Part shown: piece by piece, positions 1-6,437 of the stretch
Layout of the letters: every line of letters starts with the position of its first letter
Numbering within the stretch: the first letter of the stretch is position 1
Virus record (IMG/VR): IMGVR_UViG_3300020043_002604
Coordinates: 1 to 24,031 of that record
Source of the DNA: a virus
Taxonomy: Duplodnaviria; Caudoviricetes
DNA length: 24,031 nt
Direction: 5' to 3' (one strand)
Made by a program: the position numbers and the translations under genes
Notes under the pieces: generated by a model
Told to the model about the DNA's origin: nothing
The model's database searches: none
What the model saw: only the letters and a program-made list of their open reading frames with translations

Positions 1-133
1 AAGTTCCAAATAGAAACCATCCCGCTAACTCGGATGGTGTAGATTTACCTTGATAAACCAATGCACCACAAAAAATAAGAACACTTACACCGAACATAGT
101 AGATACTAAACCCGTCTTAAATAATCTATCCAT
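1..133 (-). CDS. small membrane protein, holin-like (3'-truncated by window edge)
   Basis: Not in the ORF track. ATG at 133, 4 nt after the previous stop; my translation is MDRLFKTGLVSTMFGVSVLIFCGALVYQGKSTPSELAGWFLFGT..., one clear hydrophobic helix and the start of a second. Holin role is inferred from size and position. Confidence 0.55.
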   Translation of the reverse strand, partial: MDRLFKTGLVSTMFGVSVLIFCGALVYQGKSTPSELAGWFLFGT

Positions 134-137
134 AATT

Positions 138-392
138 TTACAATTTTTTTTGTATCTCACGATTGAGTAATTGTATTTCTTTGGTAAGTTCTTTCATACC
201 CGCATTTAACTCATCAAACCTACTACTTAAGTTTGAGTGTTTATTAAGATAATCATTTTCAATTACACTTAACTTTACTTCCATATCCGAGGCTACTTTT
301 TTAAGTGTCTTTATGTCCGACATTGTTTCTCTTAAGAAGAACCCTATTATTGCAATTAGTATTGTCGGTAATAATGTTAGAACCTCCATCAT
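138..392 (-). CDS. N-terminal TM helix plus coiled-coil protein (84 aa), possibly lysis-associated
   Basis: MMEVLTLLPTILIAIIGFFLR hydrophobic segment followed by a heptad-rich coiled coil. Likely start is the ATG at 392 or 389, not the track's TTG at 422. Confidence 0.65.
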   Translation of the reverse strand: MMEVLTLLPTILIAIIGFFLRETMSDIKTLKKVASDMEVKLSVIENDYLNKHSNLSSRFDELNAGMKELTKEIQLLNREIQKKL

Positions 393-473
393 CCTTTTTC
401 TTATTTTTTTGGTCTTCATCAATTACAGATTGAAGTTGAATGGTATTTTTGGTTATATACTTTTTTTTCATAT

Positions 474-944
474 TTAAAAAATAGTCTCCTCTATGAACTT
501 TGAACCCGTCAATTCCCATAATAACTCTTCCTCGTCATCAGTAAGAAGGGTAATCTGTAGGTTTATTGATTTTTTTATTATTCTTACACCAATTACTAAA
601 CGGGAAATAAATAGTGGGTAAATGTCTAATAAGTCTGTTTCCCCACCATCTAATTTAGTAAGTATAACACCATCCCCATCTTGAACCCCGAACAATTGGA
701 TGTCGTCTTGCATAATTGCCATTTCAATGTCGTGGGGGTAATCAAAGTTAAATTGGGGGTAAAGTAATTCACTATCAAATCTCTTGATACTTTCTAACGC
801 TAAAAGTATTTTATTCTTACACTCGTCGGTTAATTTTAACCTAATAGCATTTATAGCGGGTTGAGCGGGAACCTCAAACTCATACTCTTTGTCCTCAATT
901 AATAATTGATAATTGGTAATTGGTAATGTAATAAAATTATTCAT
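474..944 (-). CDS. hypothetical protein (156 aa)
   Basis: ATG start with A-rich leader, fills the gap, co-oriented with neighbours; no recognisable motif. Confidence 0.7.
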   Translation of the reverse strand: MNNFITLPITNYQLLIEDKEYEFEVPAQPAINAIRLKLTDECKNKILLALESIKRFDSELLYPQFNFDYPHDIEMAIMQDDIQLFGVQDGDGVILTKLDGGETDLLDIYPLFISRLVIGVRIIKKSINLQITLLTDDEEELLWELTGSKFIEETIF

Positions 945-973
945 ATCTTTTTTATTTTAAAAATTACTAAATG

Positions 974-1537
974 TTAGCAACAGAAATCGTCGGGGTTAAT
1001 GTTCTGTATTGGAGGTATGGGTGCTCTCCAATTTCTACCCCGAGTATAAATACCACTAAAATACCCCGTCTTATTAGGTCTAACCTCAAAGGATTGTGAT
1101 GTAGTAAAGTATTCGGGAAAGGAGGACGGGTTATTTCTAATGTAATCTTTTATTCTTTCGGAATAATACTCTGCATTATTACGAACTTGGTCTCTTAACC
1201 ACCTTATATCATCTGCTGTTGATGGTAATGAATTATCACTACTCTTTTGACTAACCGCTTTATTAGTTAAACGAAAGTTCATAAAGGGTAAAATATGATA
1301 AACTACCCATTCTGCTTGACATGGCTGTATGTAATCTTTAATAAGGGTTAGGTAATTACCCGTGAAATTGGGACAATCATTAACCAATTTGGTGTAAAGA
1401 TTTTGACCTACAATGGTCTGTATGTTAATGTCTTGCGCTTGCCAAATAAACTTAAGTATTAAGTCTGCATCTACATTCTTTTCAATAATAGTGTATTTGT
1501 AGATATATGGTGTATCAAGGAAACTACATGCGGGCAT
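974..1537 (-). CDS. putative head-tail adaptor/connector protein
   Basis: 187 aa directly downstream of the portal. Helical pattern 'AQDINIQTIVGQNLYTKL...YIQPCQA...AEYYSERIKDYIRNNPSSFPEY' resembles the adaptor family of Bacteroidota phages (recognition plus synteny). Confidence 0.65.
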   Translation of the reverse strand: MPACSFLDTPYIYKYTIIEKNVDADLILKFIWQAQDINIQTIVGQNLYTKLVNDCPNFTGNYLTLIKDYIQPCQAEWVVYHILPFMNFRLTNKAVSQKSSDNSLPSTADDIRWLRDQVRNNAEYYSERIKDYIRNNPSSFPEYFTTSQSFEVRPNKTGYFSGIYTRGRNWRAPIPPIQNINPDDFCC

Positions 1538-1540
1538 ATT

Positions 1541-2662
1541 TTATTCGGTTATTTTGTCTAAATCAAGAGTATATTTCTTTAACTTAAGTTCAACAGATAA
1601 ACCATTAAACCTTGCGAGTTTATTGAAAATACGCTCTAACATTTTTTGCTTTGGTTCTACATAGGTAGATTGGAAGATTTCTAAACTCTCCAAAATTACA
1701 TTCTTTTGACCTAACTCGCCGGGGACAGCAATACCAAATAAACCGGGGTTAGTTGCTTGGTGTCCCGTAAGTATTGCTTGGGTAATTTCTTTATTCAACT
1801 CAATAAACCTCTCGTCCGAACTATTAAGTTGAATGGGGGTTATTTGAGGTGCCCTCTCTTGACCATCACTAAATAAGAACATTACTTTGCCACTATTCAT
1901 GGCACCTTGATAGTCATTTTGTAATTGTGTAATTACATCTTTCATTTCGTCATCGGAGGGAATACCACTATTAAAGGTAATAACCATTGAGGGTGCAAAT
2001 CCATTTTTAACTTGATTAAGATGGAATAAACAGATGTCGTATTCTAACTCACAATAGGGAACAATGGGTAGGTAATCGGGTGTGGGGTAATACTCATTAC
2101 CGGGTCTATACTCTTTAACAAAAAGTATTTGGTTTGAGGTAGGATTTTGTGGGTCAAAAATAGGTTTCTTAATGGGGGCATACTTATTTAAACGGGTCCA
2201 ATCATCCGAGTAATAAACATACTTTCTACAATCACTAATCCTACACTTATTAAATGGTATGTAGTTTAGGGCTGCAATTTTAGACCTATCTTTACTATAG
2301 ATAATTTCAATACTAAATCCACCAAATACCTCTAAATCAACACATACTCGGTGTATAATTTCGTTAAGGTTATATTCATTGTAGGTATTAGCAATAAAGT
2401 TAATTTCATTTGGACTTAAACCCTCCATCTCCCATCCATTACCACCAATCATCATAGATTTTCTTTTAATGATAGCGTTATGTTTAGACGACCTATTTAG
2501 TAGAGATATAAGGTAATCGGGATACAAATTGTCCTCCCCAAAATTAACCCATCCTCTACGATTTAATGTTTCTACAAATTGGGGTGCTAAAGATTTATTG
2601 ACCCCTAAATCGTAGGACCAATCTACACCCGAAAAGTTATGTATGTATATACTATTTTTCAT
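1541..2662 (-). CDS. portal protein
   Basis: Motifs 'FGEDNLYPDYL...SSKHNAII', 'DLEVFGGFSIEI', 'EYYPTPDY', 'NGFAPSMVI', 'GAMNSGKV', 'YVEPKQ' are typical of PBSX/HK97-like portals; 373 aa. Confidence 0.9.
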   Translation of the reverse strand: MKNSIYIHNFSGVDWSYDLGVNKSLAPQFVETLNRRGWVNFGEDNLYPDYLISLLNRSSKHNAIIKRKSMMIGGNGWEMEGLSPNEINFIANTYNEYNLNEIIHRVCVDLEVFGGFSIEIIYSKDRSKIAALNYIPFNKCRISDCRKYVYYSDDWTRLNKYAPIKKPIFDPQNPTSNQILFVKEYRPGNEYYPTPDYLPIVPYCELEYDICLFHLNQVKNGFAPSMVITFNSGIPSDDEMKDVITQLQNDYQGAMNSGKVMFLFSDGQERAPQITPIQLNSSDERFIELNKEITQAILTGHQATNPGLFGIAVPGELGQKNVILESLEIFQSTYVEPKQKMLERIFNKLARFNGLSVELKLKKYTLDLDKITE

Positions 2663-2676
2663 TTATAATTATTATT

Positions 2677-3096
2677 TTAGTAATCTCTAAATACCCTAAT
2701 TGTGTCGTCATTACTTGCTGTATAGAAAGATAATGTGAAACTATCACCCTCACTAATCAAAATACCTACCTCAATAACCCCTAAACTTGATGTTAAACCT
2801 AAATCGTATTGTGTTGAGGTCTGGTGTATCTCGTAATGGTATTCCCCTTGACGAAATACTACCGCAACAGACCCCGTTTCCGAGGTAGGTAGGGATGGAT
2901 TTTGACTAAACCTATCCGACATTGTAAAAGCACAATAGTATGGGGATGTGCTCCAATCATCCGGTGCTATTGTAAAGGTAAAATTGTTAGACCTTTCCTC
3001 TAACCTCCATGTATAAAAGTTAGTGGTTAGGTCTATCCGATTTTGCTTTGCTGTCGTGTAGATTGGGTGTGATTGTGTCCTTGATATGTAAATCAT
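2677..3096 (-). CDS. conserved virion-associated protein (139 aa), function uncertain
   Basis: Beta-rich, Thr/Ser-rich, 'GEYHYEIHQ...GVIEVGIL' motif, directly upstream of the portal. Confidence 0.65.
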   Translation of the reverse strand: MIYISRTQSHPIYTTAKQNRIDLTTNFYTWRLEERSNNFTFTIAPDDWSTSPYYCAFTMSDRFSQNPSLPTSETGSVAVVFRQGEYHYEIHQTSTQYDLGLTSSLGVIEVGILISEGDSFTLSFYTASNDDTIRVFRDY

Positions 3097-3259
3097 TTGC
3101 TTTTACTTTTTCTATTTTTGGTGTTTCTTCTTCAAAAAGATTTGGGTAAAGTGTTGCTAATTTATTATAAAGACCCTTATCTACAAATCTTAATTGGGTA
3201 TTTGAATTGGTATATGGAACCCACACTTCAGTATCTAAAAATTGTTCTTTTACTTTCAT
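3020..3259 (-). CDS. small hypothetical protein (79 aa, MKVKEQF...)
   Basis: ATG at 3259 with A-rich leader just downstream of a candidate late promoter. The track's start at 3310 would span the promoter. 3' end overlaps the next gene by 77 nt. Confidence 0.6.
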   Translation of the reverse strand: MKVKEQFLDTEVWVPYTNSNTQLRFVDKGLYNKLATLYPNLFEEETPKIEKVKANDLHIKDTITPNLHDSKAKSDRPNH

Positions 3260-3273
3260 ATTCTTTTTTATTA

Positions 3274-3300
3274 TAATATAAATAAGTAGTTCTTTTTCTA
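3274..3300 (-). promoter_or_regulatory. candidate late promoter motif, copy 1
   Basis: Minus strand TAGAAAAA-N12-TATATTA, 14 nt upstream of ATG 3259; same motif at four other structural-gene starts. Confidence 0.6.
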
Positions 3301-3310
3301 AAAGGAACAT

Positions 3311-3342
3311 AAAAAAAAGTAGATGTTTTTCAACATCTACTT
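3311..3342 (-). terminator. intrinsic terminator closing the small-gene island
   Basis: Perfect 11-bp stem AAGTAGATGTT (3317-3327)/AACATCTACTT (3332-3342), GAAA loop on the minus strand, followed by a U run. Confidence 0.85.
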
Positions 3343-3413
3343 AATTTAGGGTTAGTTTAATTTACTTTTCTTCTCTAACCATAGAGGATTTGGTTAAAAT
3401 TGTCCTCATTCAT

Positions 3414-3611
3414 TTAAAATGGTAGATTTTCGTAGTCAATAAAGTAGTCATAAGGGTTAGTTTCCTTAATCTCGGGTTTCTCCATAAAGAATACCTCGTC
3501 TTGGTGTGAATACCATTCATCTAAATCTCTATCAAAGTCAGATAGGTATTCGTCAAAGGTTAAACCACATTTAGCGGCTTGATTTTCAATGTGTCTTTTA
3601 GTCATACTCAT
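3414..3611 (-). CDS. small acidic protein (65 aa) ending in an SSB-tail-like ENLPF
   Basis: 16 D/E vs 6 K/R; preceded by the AT-rich motif at 3633-3658. Confidence 0.7.
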   Translation of the reverse strand: MSMTKRHIENQAAKCGLTFDEYLSDFDRDLDEWYSHQDEVFFMEKPEIKETNPYDYFIDYENLPF

Positions 3612-3632
3612 GGTAAATGGATTTTGTAGTAA

Positions 3633-3658
3633 TTATATATTAAATTATACATAAGTTT
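3633..3658 (-). promoter_or_regulatory. AT-rich class-II upstream motif, copy 1
   Basis: TTATATATTAAATTATA (3633-3649) is identical to 6403-6419, and both copies continue with yATAA(A)GTTT; both lie just upstream of an island gene. Confidence 0.45.
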
Positions 3659-3721
3659 CTAACCCTTTTGGGTATAAACTATACGCATAATCTCGTCAAG
3701 GGAAAGGTGTTGATTACACAT
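3659..3721 (-). CDS. possible 20-aa micro-ORF MCNQHLSLDEIMRIVYTQKG
   Basis: Fills the space between the 3743 stop and the class-II motif. Its leader (ACCACTAAACTTACCTACT-ATG) resembles the CCACTACTACA-ATG leader of the adjacent gene. Confidence 0.35.
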   Translation of the reverse strand: MCNQHLSLDEIMRIVYTQKG

Positions 3722-3742
3722 AGTAGGTAAGTTTAGTGGTTA

Positions 3743-3979
3743 TTAGTCAAGGTCAAGGGTTCCGTTAGTCCAATGGGTAAAGACTTCAACCTTAATTTGT
3801 TCCATCTCCTCATCGGTAAAATTACCCTCCCATGGTTCAAAAGACAGACCCCACTCGTTAAGTGCAAAGTAGATGGTGTCGTCTTTACCATTAAACTTAA
3901 CATAGATGTTAAAGTGGAAGAAACCCGTGGTTTCGTTGTGGTCGCTGTCGGAGAGGAAAAGTTGGATTTGGTTAGACAT
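3743..3979 (-). CDS. small acidic protein (78 aa)
   Basis: 15 D/E vs 3 K, no R; directly downstream of promoter P1. Confidence 0.8.
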   Translation of the reverse strand: MSNQIQLFLSDSDHNETTGFFHFNIYVKFNGKDDTIYFALNEWGLSFEPWEGNFTDEEMEQIKVEVFTHWTNGTLDLD

Positions 3980-4015
3980 TGTAGTAGTGGTTAATTGTTA
4001 AGTAATTTAATAATA

Positions 4016-4046
4016 CAAAGATAAGACGCTTGGGTCATATATCCAA
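4016..4046 (-). promoter_or_regulatory. Bacteroidota-type housekeeping promoter P1
   Basis: Minus strand TTG-N20-TATCTTTG matches the -33 TTG / -7 TAnnTTTG consensus; overlapped by an 11-bp inverted repeat. Confidence 0.8.
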
Positions 4047-4065
4047 GCGTCTTTGAAATTATTTT

Positions 4066-4323
4066 TTAATTATTTTTATCTTCTACTTCATCGGTCTTAT
4101 CGGTATGGTAATCTACCAATTCCTCTAAACGCCAATTAATCTCGGACATATAACCCTCAAAGTATTCCTCAAGAATACCCCTTGCCTCGTCGTCTGTGAG
4201 GGGTTGGTCTGTAAGACATTTCACATCATCCACATGGAATAGGTAATCTGTAAAATAACCCGCTTTATTAAGGGTAGCAATAGCAACCGCAATTTCGTTG
4301 GCAAACTCTTCTCGGTAATCCAT
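4066..4323 (-). CDS. highly acidic small protein (85 aa, MDYREEF...)
   Basis: ATG at 4323 avoids the overlap implied by the track's 4398 start; 23 D/E vs 7 K/R. Confidence 0.8.
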   Translation of the reverse strand: MDYREEFANEIAVAIATLNKAGYFTDYLFHVDDVKCLTDQPLTDDEARGILEEYFEGYMSEINWRLEELVDYHTDKTDEVEDKNN

Positions 4324-4342
4324 AATAGTAATTTTTTTTGGT

Positions 4343-4741
4343 TTAGTAATTAAGTTTATCAAGAGACATTCTCCATTTAGCAAATTGGGTGGGTTCATCG
4401 TTAGGACTTACCAATTGGTATAAGAACACATCAATCTGTCCCTCAATAAGGTTTGCATGTTCCATACTACAATACCATTCGTTATAAACATCCCTTCGGT
4501 TAAGGTAGAAATGGTAGAATAGGTTAATAAGACAATACCATTCAATCTTTTTAGAAAATGTGTCGTCAATGGGGATACACTCCTCTACACATAAATCAAT
4601 AACTCTTTGGTTAATACTATCAAGTTCAAAGATAAACTCAATACTATCGTGTAGTAATTGTCTAATCTCGTAATAGTCGTTTCGTAATACCAATTTGGTA
4701 GCAATGTCTTTTTGTAATGTAATGGGTAAAATGTGGTTCAT
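4343..4741 (-). CDS. hypothetical protein (132 aa)
   Basis: ATG directly downstream of promoter P2; helical, aromatic-rich; no recognised family. Confidence 0.8.
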   Translation of the reverse strand: MNHILPITLQKDIATKLVLRNDYYEIRQLLHDSIEFIFELDSINQRVIDLCVEECIPIDDTFSKKIEWYCLINLFYHFYLNRRDVYNEWYCSMEHANLIEGQIDVFLYQLVSPNDEPTQFAKWRMSLDKLNY

Positions 4742-4763
4742 GGTATAAAGTATTTTAGTAATA

Positions 4764-4795
4764 CAAAGATAAGTAAATTAAAATTGTTCTACAAA
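4764..4795 (-). promoter_or_regulatory. Bacteroidota-type promoter P2
   Basis: Minus strand TTTG-N20-TATCTTTG; the -33 box lies in the last codons of the upstream gene. Confidence 0.8.
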
Positions 4796-5182
4796 TGTAG
4801 GGTCAATAATTTTTTGGATGTAAATAGTAGCATCGGGTAGTAGAGATACTCGGTAGTAATTACCAATAACCTCTAAATCAACCCATACACTACCCATGTC
4901 CCCAATAGACCAATTACCATTGTAAATAGGAAAGGTAGCACTACCCCTTTCAAGTGCATCACTAAAGGTAGTCTTACCTAAAGCGTGTGTAAAATCTTGA
5001 GCAAGTCTTGGGGTAAGGGTGGTATTCTTACACCATTTAAATTGTAGATTACCCGCCATCTTTAGTAAATTGTAGTCGGGTTGGACCTCATCAACCATAC
5101 AATCCGAAAGGTGTTTAATAGCACCAATGGTGTTAAGCAAGCGGGTTTCAAGTTCGTTAAATTGTTGTTGTGTAATAAACAT
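4778..5182 (-). CDS. hypothetical protein (134 aa)
   Basis: ATG directly downstream of promoter P3; no recognised family. Confidence 0.8.
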   Translation of the reverse strand: MFITQQQFNELETRLLNTIGAIKHLSDCMVDEVQPDYNLLKMAGNLQFKWCKNTTLTPRLAQDFTHALGKTTFSDALERGSATFPIYNGNWSIGDMGSVWVDLEVIGNYYRVSLLPDATIYIQKIIDPTFVEQF

Positions 5183-5213
5183 AGTATAAAAGTTATTTAA
5201 TTATTTAATAATA

Positions 5214-5245
5214 CAAAGATAAGTAATGTTTCTCTAATTTCCAAA
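5214..5245 (-). promoter_or_regulatory. Bacteroidota-type promoter P3
   Basis: Minus strand TTTG-N20-TATCTTTG. Confidence 0.8.
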
Positions 5246-5248
5246 TTA

Positions 5249-5521
5249 TTACCCTTGAATAGAGAACAATTCAAAGTCCATTTCTTTACCATACTTCTTA
5301 ACGAGTTGCTGTTGAACCTTCTCGTTAAGGTTAGTCCAAATACCGGTAGAAAAGTCAAACTCCATACCATTACTTTCAAAGTAGTAGTCATGATAGGGGA
5401 AAGAACCATTCCACGGGGCTACTACCCATACCCTAATCTTATACCACTTTTTAGGGGAATGGGTAGCGGGGTCTGCGGGTCTTGCGAGATTGTGGAGGGT
5501 AGGGTGGATTTTGTAGGACAT
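5249..5521 (-). CDS. hypothetical protein (90 aa, MSYKIHP...)
   Basis: True start is the ATG inside the 39-bp repeat (5519-5521). The track's 'MYYNTKPPTT' prefix is translated repeat. Confidence 0.8.
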   Translation of the reverse strand: MSYKIHPTLHNLARPADPATHSPKKWYKIRVWVVAPWNGSFPYHDYYFESNGMEFDFSTGIWTNLNEKVQQQLVKKYGKEMDFELFSIQG

Positions 5522-5557
5522 TGTAGTGGGGGGTTTTGTATTGTAATACAAAGATAC
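5519..5557 (-). repeat. 39-bp promoter/leader/start-codon repeat, copy A
   Basis: + strand CATTGTAGTGGGGGGTTTTGTATTGTAATACAAAGATAC; identical to 6084-6122, one mismatch to 5855-5893. Confidence 0.95.
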
Positions 5558-5579
5558 GAAATCCTTTTGGGACTTCCAA
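5549..5579 (-). promoter_or_regulatory. Bacteroidota-type promoter P4
   Basis: Minus strand TTG-N20-TATCTTTG. Confidence 0.8.
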
Positions 5580-5584
5580 GCATC

Positions 5585-5857
5585 TTACGGATTATTTTTT
5601 TTGATTTCAAGGTAGAGGTCATAGACCAATTCAAACCTTTTGAGAAAGGTTGCTTCTTGACTGGGGGTAAGACCATTAATAACCATGGCTACCGACAAAG
5701 CACCCCAATCACACCCCTTATTTTTAAAGTAGGTTTGATAGATTGCTTTTTGACCTTGAACTCTACGACGATTATCTGCAATGTAAGCAGCATACATAAA
5801 GTCAGCACAATTCTCTTGGAAGAAGGCAATGATTAATTTTTTAGTTTCGGTAGTCAT
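5585..5857 (-). CDS. hypothetical basic protein (90 aa, MTTETKK...)
   Basis: ATG inside repeat copy B (5855-5857). Confidence 0.8.
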   Translation of the reverse strand: MTTETKKLIIAFFQENCADFMYAAYIADNRRRVQGQKAIYQTYFKNKGCDWGALSVAMVINGLTPSQEATFLKRFELVYDLYLEIKKNNP

Positions 5858-5893
5858 GGTAGTGGGGGGTTTTGTATTGTAATACAAAGATAC
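5855..5893 (-). repeat. 39-bp promoter/leader repeat, copy B
   Basis: 38/39 identity to copies A and C; similarity to A continues for another 22 bp (18/22). Confidence 0.95.
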
Positions 5894-5915
5894 GGAAACC
5901 TTTTGGGATTTCAAA
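5885..5915 (-). promoter_or_regulatory. Bacteroidota-type promoter P5
   Basis: Minus strand TTTG-N19-TATCTTTG. Confidence 0.8.
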
Positions 5916-5927
5916 CTTTTTAGAAAA

Positions 5928-6086
5928 TTAATTTTTATTTTTTTGTGCTACACGGAACTTATTATTAACCAACACCTCAATTGCAGATTGACGGGGGTTA
6001 GGCATGTTGAACTCAACCATCAAGGTTTCAAGTTCAGCAATTTCTTGCTCGGTAAGGGTAGCAGCGATTTGGTCTTTGGTAGCCAT
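5928..6086 (-). CDS. hypothetical protein (52 aa, MATKDQI...)
   Basis: ATG inside repeat copy C (6084-6086). Confidence 0.75.
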   Translation of the reverse strand: MATKDQIAATLTEQEIAELETLMVEFNMPNPRQSAIEVLVNNKFRVAQKNKN

Positions 6087-6122
6087 TGTAGTGGGGGGTT
6101 TTGTATTGTAATACAAAGATAC
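6084..6122 (-). repeat. 39-bp promoter/leader repeat, copy C (promoter P6; -7 box present, no clear -33 box)
   Basis: Identical to copy A over 39 bp; similarity stops abruptly at 6122. Confidence 0.95.
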
Positions 6123-6150
6123 TGATTTTTACCTAAAGGTGTATGGGTAA

Positions 6151-6387
6151 TCAAAAAAAATCTTTCCATGCATCTATAGCATAAATAGTTTCAGTTCTTT
6201 TACCCTCATCCATAAGTTCAAGTTCCCATCCCGTAAGTAGTTTATCATGTATAGGGGAATAGTGGGTTTCGTCAAGTTCTCTACACTTTTTAATAAGTGT
6301 CTTTTTTTGGGTATTAGGACCATAGTTGAAACCATAATTACCCAAAATTGTAATTAACTCTTCACGATTTAATTGATTATAGTTCAT
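6151..6387 (-). CDS. small protein with N-terminal HeH/SAP/Rho-N-like helix-extension-helix motif (78 aa)
   Basis: 'YNQLNREELITILGNYGFNYGPNTQKKTLIKKCRE' fits the L-x-x-x-EL-x-x-IL-x-x-x-G...K-x-x-LI pattern. Confidence 0.6.
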   Translation of the reverse strand: MNYNQLNREELITILGNYGFNYGPNTQKKTLIKKCRELDETHYSPIHDKLLTGWELELMDEGKRTETIYAIDAWKDFF

Positions 6388-6402
6388 TGTTTAATTTTTA
6401 CC

Positions 6403-6429
6403 TTATATATTAAATTATATATAAAGTTT
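6403..6429 (-). promoter_or_regulatory. AT-rich class-II upstream motif, copy 2
   Basis: 17-bp identity with 3633-3649; lies between the terminator and the first island gene. Confidence 0.45.
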
Positions 6430-6437
6430 ATAATTAT

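Noticed and set aside
301-519. 72-aa ORF (or 56 aa from ATG 471)
   Set aside because: Overlaps the TM/coiled-coil gene by 92 nt in another frame and has no recognisable features. It cannot be excluded, since its ATG follows the previous stop by 2 nt, but I cannot support it.
3362-3413. 12-aa and 15-aa micro-ORFs after the 65-aa gene
   Set aside because: Too short, with no independent support.
5519-6116. Shared N-terminal peptide 'MYYNTKPPTTM' in three track ORFs, as a signal or leader peptide
   Set aside because: It is the in-frame translation of the promoter repeat from a TTG inside the -7 box, upstream of the expected TSS. The real starts are the ATGs at 5521, 5857 and 6086.
5519-6122. 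39-bp partly palindromic repeats as a CRISPR array or repeat mimic
   Set aside because: Intervals are 297 and 190 bp and are complete ORFs. The repeat contains a promoter box and ATG, there are no cas genes, and the ends do not match CRISPR repeat termini I know.
5197-6125. Track ORFs 5255-5836(+), 5943-6125(+), 5197-5409(-) and 5422-5676(-)
   Set aside because: They are antisense or alternate-frame shadows that cross promoter repeats and better-supported genes.
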